Assembly: GCA_030390025.1 (NCBI GenBank)
Contig: CM059450.1
Span: 5,704,001-5,768,000 of the forward strand
DNA from: Squalus acanthias
Taxonomy: Eukaryota
DNA length: 64,000 nt
Direction of reading: 5' to 3'
The notes under the pieces were generated by a model. It was given only the letters and a program-made list of their open reading frames with translations, had not been told where the DNA came from and made no database searches. The translations under genes and the position numbers were made by a program. This document shows positions 22,387-52,141 of the stretch, one piece after another. The first letter of the stretch is position 1. Each line of letters begins with the position of its first letter.

Positions 22387-22660
22387 CCTACTTTCTCTGG
22401 ATAGCTCCTGATGAATGGCCTTCCTCCTATCTATATACACCTGGTTAACAGCTGCCTTTAATAAAGGGTAGGGTACCAGGACGATGAGTGACAATTTTTC
22501 AGTAGCCAATCAGGCAGTTGCTTTCTTTCAGACCTAAAAAAAATAAGGCGGTTGCTTTCTCTCAGACCATCAATGAATAAAGAGGACAAAGAGCTGAACT
22601 TGAGCTCTGTAATGTCATTAACTGTAAATAAATGTTCAAATTTTAAAATTTAAAAAAATA

Positions 22661-23560
22661 ATATATTTTTCCTGCATTCTGTTGAACACCGCTTTAGATG
22701 TTTCCCATTGCTGTTCTACATCGTTGTTGGCCAATATTGTTGCCCTTTTTTTCTCCAAGTTCTATTCTCAGCCCCTCAAAATCAGCTCTTCTCCAATCTA
22801 TTAACCTGGTTTTCATCATACATATGTCCTTCTCAATTATCATCTTAAAGCATATTATATTATGGTCACTATTGCCTATATGTTCCCCTTCAACTTCTCT
22901 TATCTGCTCTGGTTCATTCTCCATTACTGGATCCAATAGCGAATCCTCCTTTGTTGGGCTTTTTACATATTGGGTTAGAAAGGAGTCCTGTCCACATTGT
23001 AGGAACTCTATTCCCTTATCCCCTTTACCTACCTCTTCTGTCCAATTAATATCGGGGTTGTTGAAGTCCCCCATGACTATTATTCAATGTTTTTTACTCA
23101 TTTCTCTAATTTGTCGGCATATTTCTTCCTCCACCTCCCTTCCACTATTAGGTGGTCTGTAGACTACGCCTATTCGTGTGATTGATCCTTTATTATCTTT
23201 TATCGCTATTCATACGGATTCTATTTTTGTCTTGCCGATATCTGCATCACTTTTTTCTACTGCTATTGTTTTATCCCCAAGTACAGCTATTCCACCTCCC
23301 CTTTTTCCCTCCCTATCTTTTCTAAAGATGTTATACCCTGCAATGTTTAATTCCCAGTCCTGATTTTTCTGTAGCCATGTCTCAGTAATCCCTACTATGT
23401 CTTGTTCCTCCCAACGTACGATTGCCTCCAGCTCACCTGTTTTATTACTGACACTATTGCGGTACAGACAGTTTAACTCATTTTAACTAGAATTTCCTCT
23501 CACTATGTTTAACTAGCTTTTTAGACTCCTGTTCTGTAACTCTATTTATTCCTTTGCCAT
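22661..23560 (-). mobile_element. CR1 endonuclease fragment, segmental duplicate of about 3550-4680
   Basis: ORF 22694-23074 MGDFNNPDINWTEEVGKGDKG is nearly identical to 3621-4085; preceded at about 22587-22660 by the tail of the ferritin retrocopy. Confidence 0.85.
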
Positions 23561-24177
23561 CAATGGGGGGAAGATCAATAACCATATCTAGGCAGGGGCA
23601 GGGCTGTGGTGTAATGAATCAAAATATCAGCAAGGGCATCATATTGAACCCATAGATTCTGATTTCAGGGAGCCTAGATCAGCTGCTAGAGCAGAGACCA
23701 AAGATTAGTTAAAATTAAAACACACAGCTAGAGCCAGGTAACTACAGGAGACACCATTAACAATTTCAGTCCATACATTGCAGTCAGCCAGATGCAAGGA
23801 CTACATTGATTGAGACAGGGCAATTTTCTTGGCCACGAAGATTAGCAACAGAGAGTCCCAGCCTCTCAAATGCAGGAGTTATCCTCATATGCAAGTGTGT
23901 GATTGTTGAACCATTGGTATTCCCTCTTTACACAGCTTTACCATTCCCTTAACGCAATATCATATCGCTTTTTCTATTACAACAGCTAATTGATAGGAAC
24001 AAAGACTCATTCCTCAGCCATGGCGAGAGCAGTGTTGTGAAATATTGCAAAGGGGGCAAGGCATAGGTCAGGTAATGCCTTACTGTAATCATCCTTGTAA
24101 AGCACATGGTCAAAACAATTTATGAATTGGACACCATTGTCTATTTAGCAAGGCACTGAATAAAGTTCAGACTCACT

Positions 24178-24895
24178 GGCCCAAAAATTTGTGTTGATAC
24201 GCGAGAGTACGCACTGTGTACTCTCACGTATTCTGTCTCCAATTGCCGGTTTTCTGCATGCACTGCGCATGCGCTGAAAACCGGCACTTGGTGAATGGAA
24301 CCGCGTGCGCGCTACAGGCTGCGCGCATGCAGTGCACTTAGTGGTTTCAACGCGCAGGGAAGTATGGAAGATTTTACACATTATAAAAAGGAGGAGTAAG
24401 ACCCACTTTTAACAAGGTAAGTAGTGAATTAAGTATTATTTTGAATTTTTTTTTTAACAGGTATATCTTTTTTAGAGACTTTAAAGACAGGTAAGTTTAT
24501 TTTTATAACTTTTTAAAAGATTTTAAATTCTCAAAAATTAAATTTATTTAAAATGGTTAATTTATTTAACTATACTTATTGTATTAATGTGATGGGTTTT
24601 AAAAAAAAATTTAATTGAGGTTTAGCTGTTCTTTTGGGGGCTATAGTATTCATAGCTTTCACAGCACATGTGAAAGTTATGAATGGAAGATGGTGTGCTG
24701 CCATTGGCTCTAACTGAGTCACGTGATCCCACAGCTCGCACGAATTAACTACGCCGGTGGGATACGCAAGCCCAGCACAGCAGCTGTCCAGAACATCAAG
24801 TTCGTGCGAGCTGGAACTGAAAAAGCCAACGCGCAGAGAGAGATCGCGGGGAAGCCTTACCCTCGAACGAAGGCTTCCTCACAAATTTCTGGGCC
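24178..24895. mobile_element. PIF/Harbinger-like MITE
   Basis: TIRs ggcccaaaaatttgtg / cacaaatttctgggcc; 3-bp TSD ACT (24175-24177, 24896-24898); empty site present in paralogous flanks. Confidence 0.8.
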
Positions 24896-25147
24896 ACTAT
24901 ATCCTGTCTCCAATCATTTTTGCAGCATAAACCCAAATTACATGGGCCCCCCAAACATGTGTCACTTTAAGGAAGACAAGTTGAATACACAATAGCTTTT
25001 ATTTGCAGCTACAGTTACTACAGTACTTCACAATAAAGGTCACCAACATGGAACCTCAGTTCTTCAGAGAAATGTTTCACAGAGCTCAGTCAAATCCTCA
25101 TACACCACTGAGATCACAATATACAGGTTGGGGTGTCTGCAGTCAAT

Positions 25148-27954
<2,807 letters not shown>

Positions 27955-27982
27955 TTTCACTCTTCCTGTTGATAAGCGCTAA

Positions 27983-28007
27983 GTTCAAACTCCACTGTAG
28001 AAACAAC
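27983..28007 (-). promoter_or_regulatory. Degenerate iron-responsive element remnant in the predicted 5'UTR (also at about 33875, 40543, 46410, 52170, 57746)
   Basis: GTTGTTTCTACAGTG-GAG-TTTGAAC versus the ferritin IRE pattern TGCTTCAACAGTGNTTGAAC; cap-proximal relative to the TATA box. Confidence 0.65.
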
Positions 28008-28033
28008 CTAACCTCTGCCCGCACAAGCTCCTG

Positions 28034-28200
28034 TATTTATACTAGTGGGACAGCCTGCATTTAAACAGGGTAGGGCAGCACCAATGATGATTGACAATCC
28101 CTGAGAGCCAATCAGGAATCTTCCATGAATCCAGGCACCAATTAACAAAGGAGAGGGGGTGGGGTTTGAGATACCCAGAGCCAATCAGAGCTTTGGAATA
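28034..28200 (-). promoter_or_regulatory. Class-B promoter: TATAAATA box, several inverted CCAAT boxes and a GT/GC box (shared by copies 5-10)
   Basis: tatttata at 28034-28041; ccaat at about 28081, 28108, 28138 and 28181; gggggtgggg at about 28155; conserved across copies. Confidence 0.7.
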
Positions 28201-28289
28201 CAGAGGTTTGGATGATTATTCTGTGATGTCATTGCTGTTGGTTTCTTTAACTTTGCTCAAATTCAATCTGAAAGTGTCTCTACTCTTTT

Positions 28290-28860
28290 GGTTAATCAAT
28301 TAGGAAGATTAAATCATCAATCGGGACCACATAAGCCCTTAAACCATAAGTGCCCCCTCCATCCACCACGCTCAGCCTGGACCTGTGGTGGCCACCATGG
28401 CCAGGCCCAGGAGCAGACCCACAAGGAGGTCCTCCGACCGGCCCACCTCCATCCACACCGGATGGCCAAAGATCAGGAGCGTGGCACTGAAGTGCAGCCA
28501 GAAGTAGAGGAGCAGCCCCCTCAAATAGTGGAAGAGGGGCTGCAACCTCTCGCAGTTAACAGAGACATGAAACATGGACTCCTCCAGGCTGCAAAAGTTA
28601 CAGGCAGCCGAGGAATCCGTGAATCGATTTAAAAACATATTAGAAGGGACTGCTCCGTGCAACGCTCTGCATGCCAGATCCCCAGTGGAACAGGGGAAGA
28701 CCCCGCGTAGAGAGCCCTCCACCGGGGATCCCCGCCTCCATCGGACAGCAAGATTGAACACCAGGACGTGTTCGGCGATGGAGTGGAGTGTGTGCAGGAG
28801 CAGCCCGTACAGGAAACCCATCCACGCAGTGGAATGGCACGGAGGGGATTTCGGAGAGAC
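28290..28860 (-). mobile_element. Tx1/L1-clade 3' fragment upstream of copy 5
   Basis: GDLACRALHGAVPSN...CNFCSLEESMFHVSVNCERLQPLF (CxxC-H-C zinc knuckle); absent upstream of copies 7-10. Confidence 0.8.
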
Positions 28861-30788
28861 GGCTGATAGAATCAGAGCTTTAAAAACATCTCAAAGAGCT
28901 CGATGAGTTTGCAAATGGAAATTTCACCCTGTAGATGGTGTCGAGCACAACCGCCTCTAAGTTAACCCGTCTCTTGGAGAATTGATGAGCATTTTGGTGG
29001 GTCCAGAACGAGTCCATGATACCAAGCCAAGATTCACAATGTTGACCACAATAGATTGAAAGAGACTGACCTGCACCAGACAGTCCGCAGTGACTCTGCA
29101 AACCAGCCCACAACGAGTTGGGGAAATGGAAAGTGGATCAGTGTGGAGCTTCAGACAGAATCTGTTGCTCCGTCACTGTAAAGTGTGATGTGGAGTTTTA
29201 TCCTCATGAAATTGAAGAGCTGTAAAGTCCTGTGTTTAGTTTGCACTGTTTCCTCATCTCCTGCAAACCCCGGGTCTGTTGTGAGGAACGGTTTTTTACC
29301 TGAAAGGTCAAGTGTCTCATGTTTTCTTGACCGATGCTGCCTGACCTGCTGAGTGTCTCCAGTTTGAGATTTCCAGTATCTGCAATATTTTGTTTTTTGT
29401 TCCTAATCTGTTGTAACTCTGGTCCAGCTACCAGGCATTTAACCAAAGCACAAAGCCTCCAGCACAGAGAAGAGTGAATTACATAAAATGTGCAACACAG
29501 AAATAGGATGTTTGTCCCGACCAGTTTTTGTAGGAGTTTATCTTCCACATCAACAGTAGTCCTAATTCTATGGTATCTAATCTTGTTCAGGCAGATATCC
29601 CCCATTCCCTGCCAGTCAAGCCAATATTTTATTTGCAGTCATCCTAACCCTGGACAGCAGCTCACCATGTCTGCTAGTGCAGTCCTTAAGCAGCTGTTGT
29701 GGCTCAGTGATTTCAAAGAGCTGATTAATGTTCAAAAATAGTTCACCTAAAAGGCATTAATGTTTAATTTGTGGCATCTTTAAGAAATCTCAGACTTCAC
29801 ACTATTTGTGGGTTCAGGTCAGTGCTTCTGAACAAGTTGCAGCAATCAGAAATATACCCAGTGAAATGTTGAAGATAATGTAAAGCAGCTATTTGATTAC
29901 AATGAACTGGTGGATCCCTAAAACAGTTAGCGATGCTGCAATAGAAAGGAAGGGAGGCTAAGTTGTGAGAGATGCTCAGGATTATTTTGCTTTAATATAA
30001 TTGACATCAGTACAGATTCGTCACCAAACACAAAAACTCCAAGTAGGACATTGAGAGTATTGTCCTTGGAGGGGAACAGAGGGATGTTAAGTAAAAGACA
30101 GCCTGCCCAAATGTTTAAGGTGGTCAATGTTGTACGCTGTATACATGTTACAAAATGTTAACAATCCAGTGAGTTAATTGTGCCATCAGTCAAATGCAAA
30201 GACACCAACTCCATCCTTCCCCTTCCTTGTCCTGAGATACGAGTGTGAAGCAGGATGCCAAACAGATTCGTTATTCCCTTGACTGTGAAGAGCATCAATA
30301 CAGAAGGCACCAGTTCAGTCCCCACACCATTGTTTGAAAGCTCCATCACATTTTGGTGCTGGATGTGGAAAAAACCACCCTTCTCAGCAGGAACTGCTGC
30401 AAAGATTACAGTTTCAGAAGTTGTATAGTTGAGAAAACCATCAAGCCTCTCATGTGATGATTTGAAGATGTGGGCATACTTATCCTGGGCAGGGACTGAA
30501 GCAAGTTTAAGAAGCTGGACTGGGAGAGAAAATATTTGTTTCAGCATGGGAGAATGTTTTAACATGATCATGTCACATGGTTCAGTACCTTGGCAATCTG
30601 AATATCAGATCAGCTACTTAATTATACAACAAAGACAAACCAGTTCAATGATGAATAACTTTTATTTCCATGTACTGTGACAGTTCGATGAGAAAACTGG
30701 CAATTAACCATAACCAAAGCATTCACCACCAGAAGTTGGTCACACTTCATTTCCACCATGTACAGAACTAATGGTTCTAGAATCCCAG

Positions 30789-33846
<3,058 letters not shown>

Positions 33847-34180
33847 CTTAACTCTTCCTGTTAGCAGGCACTAAGTTCAAACTCCACTGTAGAAACAATC
33901 TAACCTCTGCCCTCACAAGCTCTTGTATTTATACTAGTGGGACAGCCTGCATTTCAACAGGGTCTGGCATCACCAATGATGATTGATAATCCCTGAGAGC
34001 CAGTCAGGAATCTTCATGAATCCAGGCACCAATTAACAAAGGAGAGGGGGTGGGGTTTGTGATACCCAGAGCCAATCAGAGCTTTGGAATACAGAGGTTT
34101 GGATGATTATTCTGTGATGTCATTGCTGTTGGGTTCTTTAACTTTGCTCAAACTGAGTCTGAAAGTGTCTCTATTCTTTT

Positions 34181-34765
34181 GGTTAATCAATTAGGAAGAT
34201 TAAATCATCAATCGGGACCACCTAAGCCCTTAAACCATAAGTGCCCCCTCCATCCACCACGACTCAGCCTGGACCTGTGGGTGGCCACCATGGCCAGGCC
34301 CAGGAGCAGACCCACAAGGAGGTCCTCCGACCGGCCCACCTCCATCCACACCGGGTGGCCAAAGATCAGGAGCGTGGCACTGAAGTGCAGCCAGAAGTAG
34401 AGGAGCAGCCCCCTCAAATAGTGGAAGAGGGGCTGCAACCTCTCGCAGTTAACAGAGACATGAAGCATGGACTCCTCCAGGCTGCAAAAGTTACAGGCAG
34501 CCTAGGAATCCGTGAATCGACTTGAAAACATATTAGAAGGGACTGCTCCGTGCAACGCTCTGCATGCCAGATCCCCAGTGGAACAGGGGAAGACTCCCGC
34601 GTAGAGAGCCCTCCACCGGGGACCCCCGCCTCCATTCGACGGCAAGATAAAACACCAGGCTGTGTCCGCATGGGAGACGAGTGCGATGGAGTAGAGTGTG
34701 TGCTGGAGCGGCCCGTACAGGAAACCCGTCCACGCTGAGTGGAATGGCACAGGGGAGATTTCCAA
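34181..34765 (-). mobile_element. Tx1/L1-clade 3' fragment upstream of copy 6 (duplicate of 28290-28860)
   Basis: Same sequence and same insertion point as upstream of copy 5. Confidence 0.8.
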
Positions 34766-35844
34766 GAGATTGGTGATAGAATCAGAGCTTCAAAAAATAT
34801 CTCAAAGAGTTCGATGGGTTTGCAAATGGAAATTCCACCCTGTAGATGGTGTCGAGCACAACCAGCTCTAAGTTAACCATCTCTTGGAGAATTGATGGGC
34901 ATCTCAGTGGGTCCAGAACGAGTCCGTGATACCAAGGTTCACAATGTTGACCACAATAGATTGAAAGAGACTGACCTGCACCAGACAGTCCGCGGTGAAT
35001 CTGCAAACCAGCCCACAACGAGTTGGAGAAATGGAAAGTTGATCAGTGTGGAGCTTCGAACAGAATCTGTTGCTCCGTCACTGTAAAGTGCAATGTGGAG
35101 TTTTATCCCCATGAACTTTAAGAGCTGTAAAGTCTTGTGTTTAGTTTGCACTGTTTCCTCATCTCCTGCAAACCCCGGGTCTGTTGTGAGGAGCGGTTTT
35201 ATACCTGAAAGGTCAAGTGTCTCGTGTTTTCTCGACCGATGCTGCCTGACCTGCTGAGTGTCTCCAGCGTTTTCTGTTTTTGTTTGAGATTTCCAGTATC
35301 TGCAGTGTTTCGGTTTTTGTTCCTATCCTGTTGTAACTCTGGTCCAACTACCAGGCATTTAATAGGACCACAAAACCGCCAGAACAGAGAAGAGTGAATT
35401 ACATAAACCGTCCAACACAGAAATAGGATGTTTGGCCCAAGCAGTTTGTGTTGCAGTTTATCTTCCACATCAACATTAGTCCTAATTCCATGTGCCTGCC
35501 CTGTTGCTATTCTATGCTATCTAATCTTGCTCATGCAGGTATCCCCCATCCTCTGCCCGTCAAGCCAATATTTTATTTGTAGTCAGTCCTAACCATGTAT
35601 AGCAGCTCACCATGTCTGCTCGCTCAATCCTTGAGGATATTTATTGGGCTCTTGTGCCTCAGAACTTTCAAATAGCGCTAATTTATGCCCTTTCGGTGAA
35701 CTATTTTTGAAGAACATTAATAGATGTTTACTTTGTGACATCTTCAGGAAAACTCAAACTTTCCCACTATTTGTGGGTTAAGGGCAGTCTTTCTGAACGA
35801 GTTGTGGCAATTAGGAATACACCAAGTGAAGTATGGAAGATGAT

Positions 35845-36523
35845 GGGCCGTATTTTGCGACCCCTATGGCTGTGTACGAGGTGCGCACGCGCCTGTAGAG
35901 GCCGCGCAAGTGCCGGGTTCAGGTACGCGAAGCGCATGCGCTAAAATCCGGCACTTGCAATCTGTCACGAATCTTCTGGACAGATCCTCCGCCTGCCCGG
36001 GAAAAGGGCCTCTGCGGGTGGAGAGTTGCGCTATTTGCCCAACCTCCGCCCGCTGAAAGGTCGTGGAATTCTTATGCCTGGTAAAAACAACCGTAAGGCC
36101 TGCTTTTGCCAGCATAAGAGTTTCCAAAAAAAAAAAAAATTTTATCACTCACTTATACATTAAAAACCCTGTCCAATAAGGTAAGTTTATTTTTAGCCCT
36201 GTTAAAACATTTTTCAAAAAATGTAATTTTCATTTAAAATATTTAATTAAATGCCATTTTAGTTTTCTATCTAGTTTAAAAAATTTATTCCATGTTCGTG
36301 TACTTTGTCATCCCCATCCATACTTCAGTTCCGTACATACAGAACTGTCAAAAGTATGAATGGGGATTCCCTTCTTTCATTGGTTGGGCTGGCCCACGTG
36401 ATCCCAGGGGCCTCTATGCATTTCTACCAGCAGCTCAGGAGCACAAGCCTCCGTATCTCCCGGACCACCAGGTACACGTGTAGAGAATTTGATGAGCGGA
36501 AGTCTGATCGCAAATTCAGGCCC
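35845..36523. mobile_element. PIF/Harbinger-like MITE, related to 24178-24895
   Basis: TIRs gggccgtattttgcga / tcgcaaattcaggccc; TSD gat/aat (empty site gaagataatgtaaagc at about 29871); shares gcgcatgcgct..aa.ccggcacttg with the 24 kb element. Confidence 0.75.
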
Positions 36524-37446
36524 AATGTAAAGCAACTATTTGATTACAATGAACTGCTGGACCCCTAGAACAGTTAGTGATTCGGCAATAGAAAGGAAGG
36601 GAAGTTAAGTTGTGGAGAGATGTATAGGATTTTTTGCTTTCAACTTAATTGACATCAGTACAGATTCTTCACCAAACACAGAAACTCCAACAGGACATAC
36701 TGCAGGTTGATGACTTATTAGTATTGCCCTTGGAGGGGATGGAGTGATGGTAAATAGTAGACAACCTGCCCAAGTATTTAAGGTGGTCACTGCTGTACGA
36801 TGTATACATGTCACAAAGCTTTAACAAGCCATTGAGTGACTTGTGCCAGCAGTCTAATGCAAAGACACCGACTCCATCCTTCCCCTTCCTTATCCTGCGA
36901 TACAAGTGTGAAGCAGGATGTCAAGTAGATATTCTTTATTCCCCTGCCTGAAGAGAGTCAATAGAAGAGGCAACAATTCAGTCCCCCCACTCCATTGTTT
37001 GAAAGCTCCATCACATTTTGCTGGTAGATGTGGAAAAACCCCACCCTTTTTAGCAGGAATTGCTACAGAGATTAGTTTCAGAAGTTGCAAAATAGTGCAT
37101 TGGAGAAAACCATTAAGCCCGATTTGAAAATGTGGGCATACCTATTCTGGGCAGGGACTGAATCAAGTTAGGAAGCTGGACGGAGAGAGAGAATTTGTGT
37201 TTTGGCATGAGAGAATGTTTTAATGATCATGTCACATGGTTCAGTACCTTGGCACCTGAATAACAGATCAGCTACTTAATTATACAACAAAGACAAACCA
37301 GTTCAATGATGAATAACTTTTATTTCCATGTACTGTGACAGTTCGATGAGAAAACTGGGAAATAACCACAACCAAAGCATTCACCACTAGAAGTTGGTCA
37401 CACTTCATTTCCACCATGTATAGAACTAATGGTTCAAGAATCCCAG

Positions 37447-40514
<3,068 letters not shown>

Positions 40515-43216
40515 CTTAACTCTTCCTGTTAGCAAGCACTAAGTTCAAACTCCACTGTAACAACAACCTAACCTCTTCCCTCACAAGCTGCTGTATTTAT
40601 ACTAGTGGGACAGCCTGCATTTAAACAGGGTGTGGTATCACCAATGATGATTGACAATCCTTGAGAGCCAGTCAGGAATCTTCCATGAATCCAGGCACCA
40701 ATTAACAAAGGAGATGGGGTGGGGTTTGAGATACCCGGAGCCAATCAGAGCTTTGGAATACAGAGGTTTGGATGATTATTCTGTGATGTCATTGCTGTTG
40801 GTTTCTTTGACTTTCCTCAGACTGAATCTGAAAGTGTCTCTGTTCTCAGAATCAAAGCTTCACAACAAATCTCAAAGAGTTCGATGAGTTTGCAAATGGA
40901 AATTCCACCCTGTAGATGGTGTTGAGCACAATTGGTTCTGTGTTAACCCGTCTCTTGGAGAATTGATTGACATCTCGGTGGGTCCAGAACGAGTCCGTGA
41001 TACCAAGGTTCACAATGTTGACCACAATAGATTGAAAGAGACTGACCTGCACCAGACAGTCCGCAGTGACTCTGCAAACCAGCCCACAACGAGTTGGGGA
41101 AATGGAAAGTGGATCAGTGGGGAGCTTCAGACAGAATCTGTTGCTCCGTCACTGTAAAGTGCGATGTGGAGTTTCATCCCCATGACATTTAAGAGCTGTA
41201 AAGTCCTGTGTTTAGTTTGCACTGTTTCCTCATCTCCTGCAAACCCCGGGTCTGTTGTGAGGAACGGTTTTATACCTGAAAGGTCAAGTGTCTCGTGTTT
41301 TCTCGACCGATGCTGCCTGACCTGCTGAGTGTCTCCAGCGTTTTCTGTTTTTGTTTGAGATTTCCAGTATCTGCAGTGTTTCGGTTTGTGTTCCTATCCT
41401 GTTGTAACTCTGGTCCAACTACCAAGCATTTAATAGGACCACAAAACCTCCAGAACAGAGAAGAGTGAATTACATAAACCGTCCAACACAGAAATAGGAA
41501 GTTTGGCCCAACTCTCTTCCACTAACAGCAGTTGATGCTCGGTCAATTGTTCATTTTAAATCTGAAATTGATAGATTTTTGTTACCCAAAGGCGGGTATA
41601 TGGAGTTAGGTCACAGATCAGCCAAGATCTCATTGAATGGAGGAACAGGCTCGAGGGGCTCAATGGCCTCCTCCTGTTCCTATCCAGATCATGTTTATTC
41701 TCTACTCAAGCAGTAGTCCTAACCCCATGTGGCTGCCCTGTTCCTATACAATGGCATCTAATCTTGTTTCGGTACAGCCCTGGAGAGGTTAGGTTGTAAC
41801 TACGGTGGTGTTTGTACTTCGCTCCCACCAACAGTAAAAGTGAAGATGGTCTCCCGAGTGTGTCTGAACGCTCACGGGTGTGCAGGAAACGTGACGCATC
41901 AATCGGCTGAGCCATTACAGAATGTCCAAAGAGTTTTCATGTTCCTTGTGTGGAGAACCAATGTATTTTCCAGTTTAACTCCTAGAAACAGGCCAGCCAA
42001 CATTTTATTTGTAGTCATCCTCACCATGTCTGCCAGCTCAGTCCCGGAGAGAATATTTAATGGGCTCTTGTACTCAGTACTTTCAAGTGGAGTTAATTCA
42101 TTCCCTTTAGATTAACTATTTTTGAACCACATTAACAGATGTTTAATTTGTTGCATCTTCAGGAACACTCAGAATTCACCACACACTTTGTGGGTTAAGG
42201 GCTGTCTTGTTGAACAAGTTGTGGCCATTAGCAATATAGCTAGTGTATTATTGAAAATAATGTACAGCTACTCTTTGATCACAATTAACCAGTGGATCAC
42301 AATTACCCAGGGGACCCCTGGAACAATGATGCTGCAATAGAAAGGAAGGGAGGTGAAGTTTTTGGGAGAAAAATTGCTTTAATAGGATTTATATGAGTAC
42401 TGATTGATCTCCACTTGACCCAACACCAACAAACCCCAACTAGGACATACTGCAGCTTGGTATATAGGTTTATACAGACTGGTGGTTTATTCAATCCCAG
42501 ACATCAAGGATTGCCCAGGGTGGGGCTAGAAAAAGTAGTAATGTGGGGAAGGAAGTGAATGTTTAACAAAAGAGACATCCTACCCCAAAAAGGAAGTTAA
42601 AGGTGGTCAATGCAGTACCATGTATACAGCTCACAAAGCTTTAGCAATACAGTAAATGACTTGTGATAGCAGGTTAATGTAAAGACACCTCAGTAGCAGG
42701 TCGTACCCACCTATGCCCTGACAGATAAGAGTCTGACACCAGGCAGGTACTCTCCATTCTCCTGACTGAAGAGTCAATACTGAAGGCACTAATTCAACCC
42801 CTCCTCCCTTCCCCATTTCTTTGTTTGAAACCTCCACAGCTTCATGACATTTAGCTGGCAGATGTTATAAAAATCCTTCAGCAGGAATGGTTACCAAAAT
42901 TTCAGAAAACATTAGAAGCCTCAAGTGATGATTTGAAGATATGGGCACAGCCACCTGGACACTGGGAGGACTTCTATATATTTTAAACTTTGCTCATATT
43001 ACACAGCTGTGTATCGTGCACTGGATCTCAATAACCAGATCAGCTATTTAATTATACAACAAAGACAAACCAGTTCAGTGATGAATAACTTTATTTCCAT
43101 GTACTGTGACAGTTAGATGAGAAAACTGGGAAATAACACAGCCAAAGCATTCACCACTAGAAGTTGGTCACACTTCATTTCCACCATGTACAGAACTAAT
43201 GGTTCTAGAATCCCAG

Positions 43217-46380
<3,164 letters not shown>

Positions 46381-47748
46381 CTTAACTCTTCCTGTTGAGC
46401 AGGCACTAAGTTCAAACTCCACTGTAGACAACAACCTGACTGCACAAGCTCCTGTATTTATACTAGTGGGACAGCCTGCATTTCAACAGGGTGTGGCAGC
46501 ACCAATGATGATTGACAATCCCCGATAACCAGTCAGGATCTTCCATGAATCCAGGCACCAATTAACAAAGGAGAGGGGGTGGGGTTTGAGATACCCAGAG
46601 CCAATCAGAGCTTTGGAATACAGAGGTTTGGATGATTATTCTGTGATGTCATTGCTGTTGGTTTCTTTGACTTTCCTCAGACTGAATCTGAAAGCGTCTC
46701 TGTTCTCAGAATCAGAGCTTCACAACAAATCTCAAAGAGTTCGATGAGTTTGCAAATGGAAATTCCACCCTGTAGATGGTGTCGAGCACAACCGGCTCTA
46801 AGTTAACCCGTCTCTTGGAGAATTGATCGACATCTCAGTGGGTCCAGAACGAGTCCGTGATACCAAGGTTCACAATGTTGACCACAATAGATTGAAAGAG
46901 ACTGACCTGCACCAGACAGTCCGCAGTGAATCTGCAAACCAGCCCACAACGAGTTGGGGAAATGGAAAGTGGATCAGTGGGGAGCTTCAGACAGAATCTG
47001 TTGCTCCGTCACTGTAAAGTGCGATGTGGAGTTTCATCCCCATGAAATTTAAGAGCTGTAAAGTCCTGTGTTTAGTTTGCACTGTTTCCTCATCTCCTGC
47101 AAATCCCGGGTCTGTTGTGAGGAACGGTTTTATACCTGAAAGGTCAAGTGTCTCGTGTTTTCTCGACCGATGCTGCCTGACCTGCTGAGTGTCTCCAGCG
47201 TTTTCTGTTTTTGTTTGAGATTTCCAGTATCTGCAGTGTTTCGGTTTGTGTTCCTATCCTGTTGTAACTCTGGTCCAACTACCAGGCATTTAATAGGACC
47301 ACAAAACCTCCAGAACAGAGAAGAGTGAATTACATAAAACATACAACACAGAAATAGGATGTTTGGCCCACAAATGGTAATTGATGCTAGATCAATTGTT
47401 AATTTTAAATCTGAGTTTGATAGATTTTTGTTAACCAAAGATATTAAGGGATATGGGGCAAAGGCGGGTATATGGAGTTAGGTCACAAATCAGCCATGAT
47501 CTCATTGAATGGAGGAACAGGCTTGAGGGGCTAAATGGCCTCCTCCTGTTCCTATCCAGCTCATGTTTATTCTCTACACAAGCAGTAGTCCTAATCCCAT
47601 GAGGCTGCCCTGTTGTTATACCATGGCATCTAATCTCAATTCGGTACATCACTGGAAAGAGGTTCAGTTGTAACTACAGTGGTGTTTGAACTTAACTCCC
47701 ACCAACAGTAAAACTGAAGCTGGTCTCCCAAGTGTGTCAGAACTACCA

Positions 47749-47853
47749 TGCGTGTGCAAGACACATGGTGCATCAATCGGCTGTGTCATTACAGAATGTC
47801 CAAAGAGCTTTCATTTTTGTTGTGGTTTGGAGAACCAATGTAATTTCCAGTTT
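47749..47853 (+). pseudogene. G2E3/PHF7-like PHD-type (zf-HC5HC2H) zinc-finger gene fragment; paralogous copies at about 41877-41976, 53516-53617 and 60661-60762
   Basis: CVCKTHGASIGCVITECPKSFHFCCGLENQCNFQF matches the recalled G2E3 pattern CVCKxxGASIGCVxxxCxxSxHFxCGLxxxCxFQF; other copies have stops or frameshifts. Confidence 0.75.
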
Positions 47854-49104
47854 AGGTGCTCGAAACAGTCCAGCCAACATTTTCTTTGTAGCTAATCTAA
47901 CCATGGATAGCAGGTCACCATGTCTGCTAGCTCAGTCCTTGAGAGAATATTTAAAGGGCTCTTGTGCCTTGGTATTTTCAAATGGAGTTCATTCCCTTTA
48001 GGTGAATTTTTTTTGAACATTAATAGATGTTTAATTTGTGGCATCTCCAGGAATAGTCAGAAATCACCACACACTTGGTGGGTTAAGGGCAGTTTTTTTG
48101 CACACGTTTTGGCCATTAACAATATACCAAGTGAATTAGTGAAAATAAATGTACAGCTACTATTTGATCAGAATTAACCAGTGGATCCCTAGACCAGTGA
48201 TACTGCAATAGAAAGGAAGTGAGTTTAATTTTTTGGGAGAAGAATCATTTACTTTAATAGGATTCATATGAGCATTGATTGATTGTCACTTTACCCAACA
48301 CCAACAAACTCCAAATAGGACATACTGCTGCTTGATGTACAAGTGTATACAGACTGGTTGTTTATTCAATCCCAGACATCAAGTATAGCTCTGGTTTTGG
48401 GGGTAGACAAGGAAGTAATGTGGGGAAGAGAGAGAGAGAATGTTAAACAGAAGACATCCTACCCAAAAGGAAGTTTCTAAGATGGCCAATGGTGTACTGT
48501 GTTGCTATGTCACAGAGCTTTGGCAATCCAGTGAGTGACTTGTGGCATCAGTCAAATGTAAAGGCAGCTCAATAGCAGGTCATTCCCCACCCTTGCCCTG
48601 ACAGGTAAGAGCTTGAAGCAGGACACCAGGCAGATATTCTCCATTCTCTTTGCTGAAGGGTCACTACTGTCAGCACTAATTCAATCCCCTCCTTGGTTTT
48701 AAACCGCCACAGCTTCCTGACATTTTGCCAGCAGATGTTACTAAAAACCCTTTTCAGCAGGAATTGTTACCGAGAGTTCAGAAAACCATTAGAAGCCTCA
48801 AGTGATGATTTGAAGATGTGGGCACAGCCATCCTGGGCACTGGGAGGGACTTCTATATTTTTAAACTTGGCTCATATTACACAGCGTGTATTGTGAAGTG
48901 GGATCTCTTAGTCGTCTCAATAATCAGATCAGCTACTTAATTATACAAAGACAAACCAGTTCAATGATGAATAACTTTTATTTCCATGTACTGTAACAGT
49001 TAGATGAGAAAACTGGGAATTAACCACAACCAAAGCATTCACCACTAGAAGTTGGTCACACTTCATTTCCACCATGTATAGAACTAATGGTTCAAGAATC
49101 CCAG

Positions 49105-52141
<3,037 letters not shown>

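Noticed and set aside
30429-30680. GTEASLRSW...EC resembling the third finger of G2E3
   Set aside because: Zinc-ligand cysteines absent and similarity too short; probably chance
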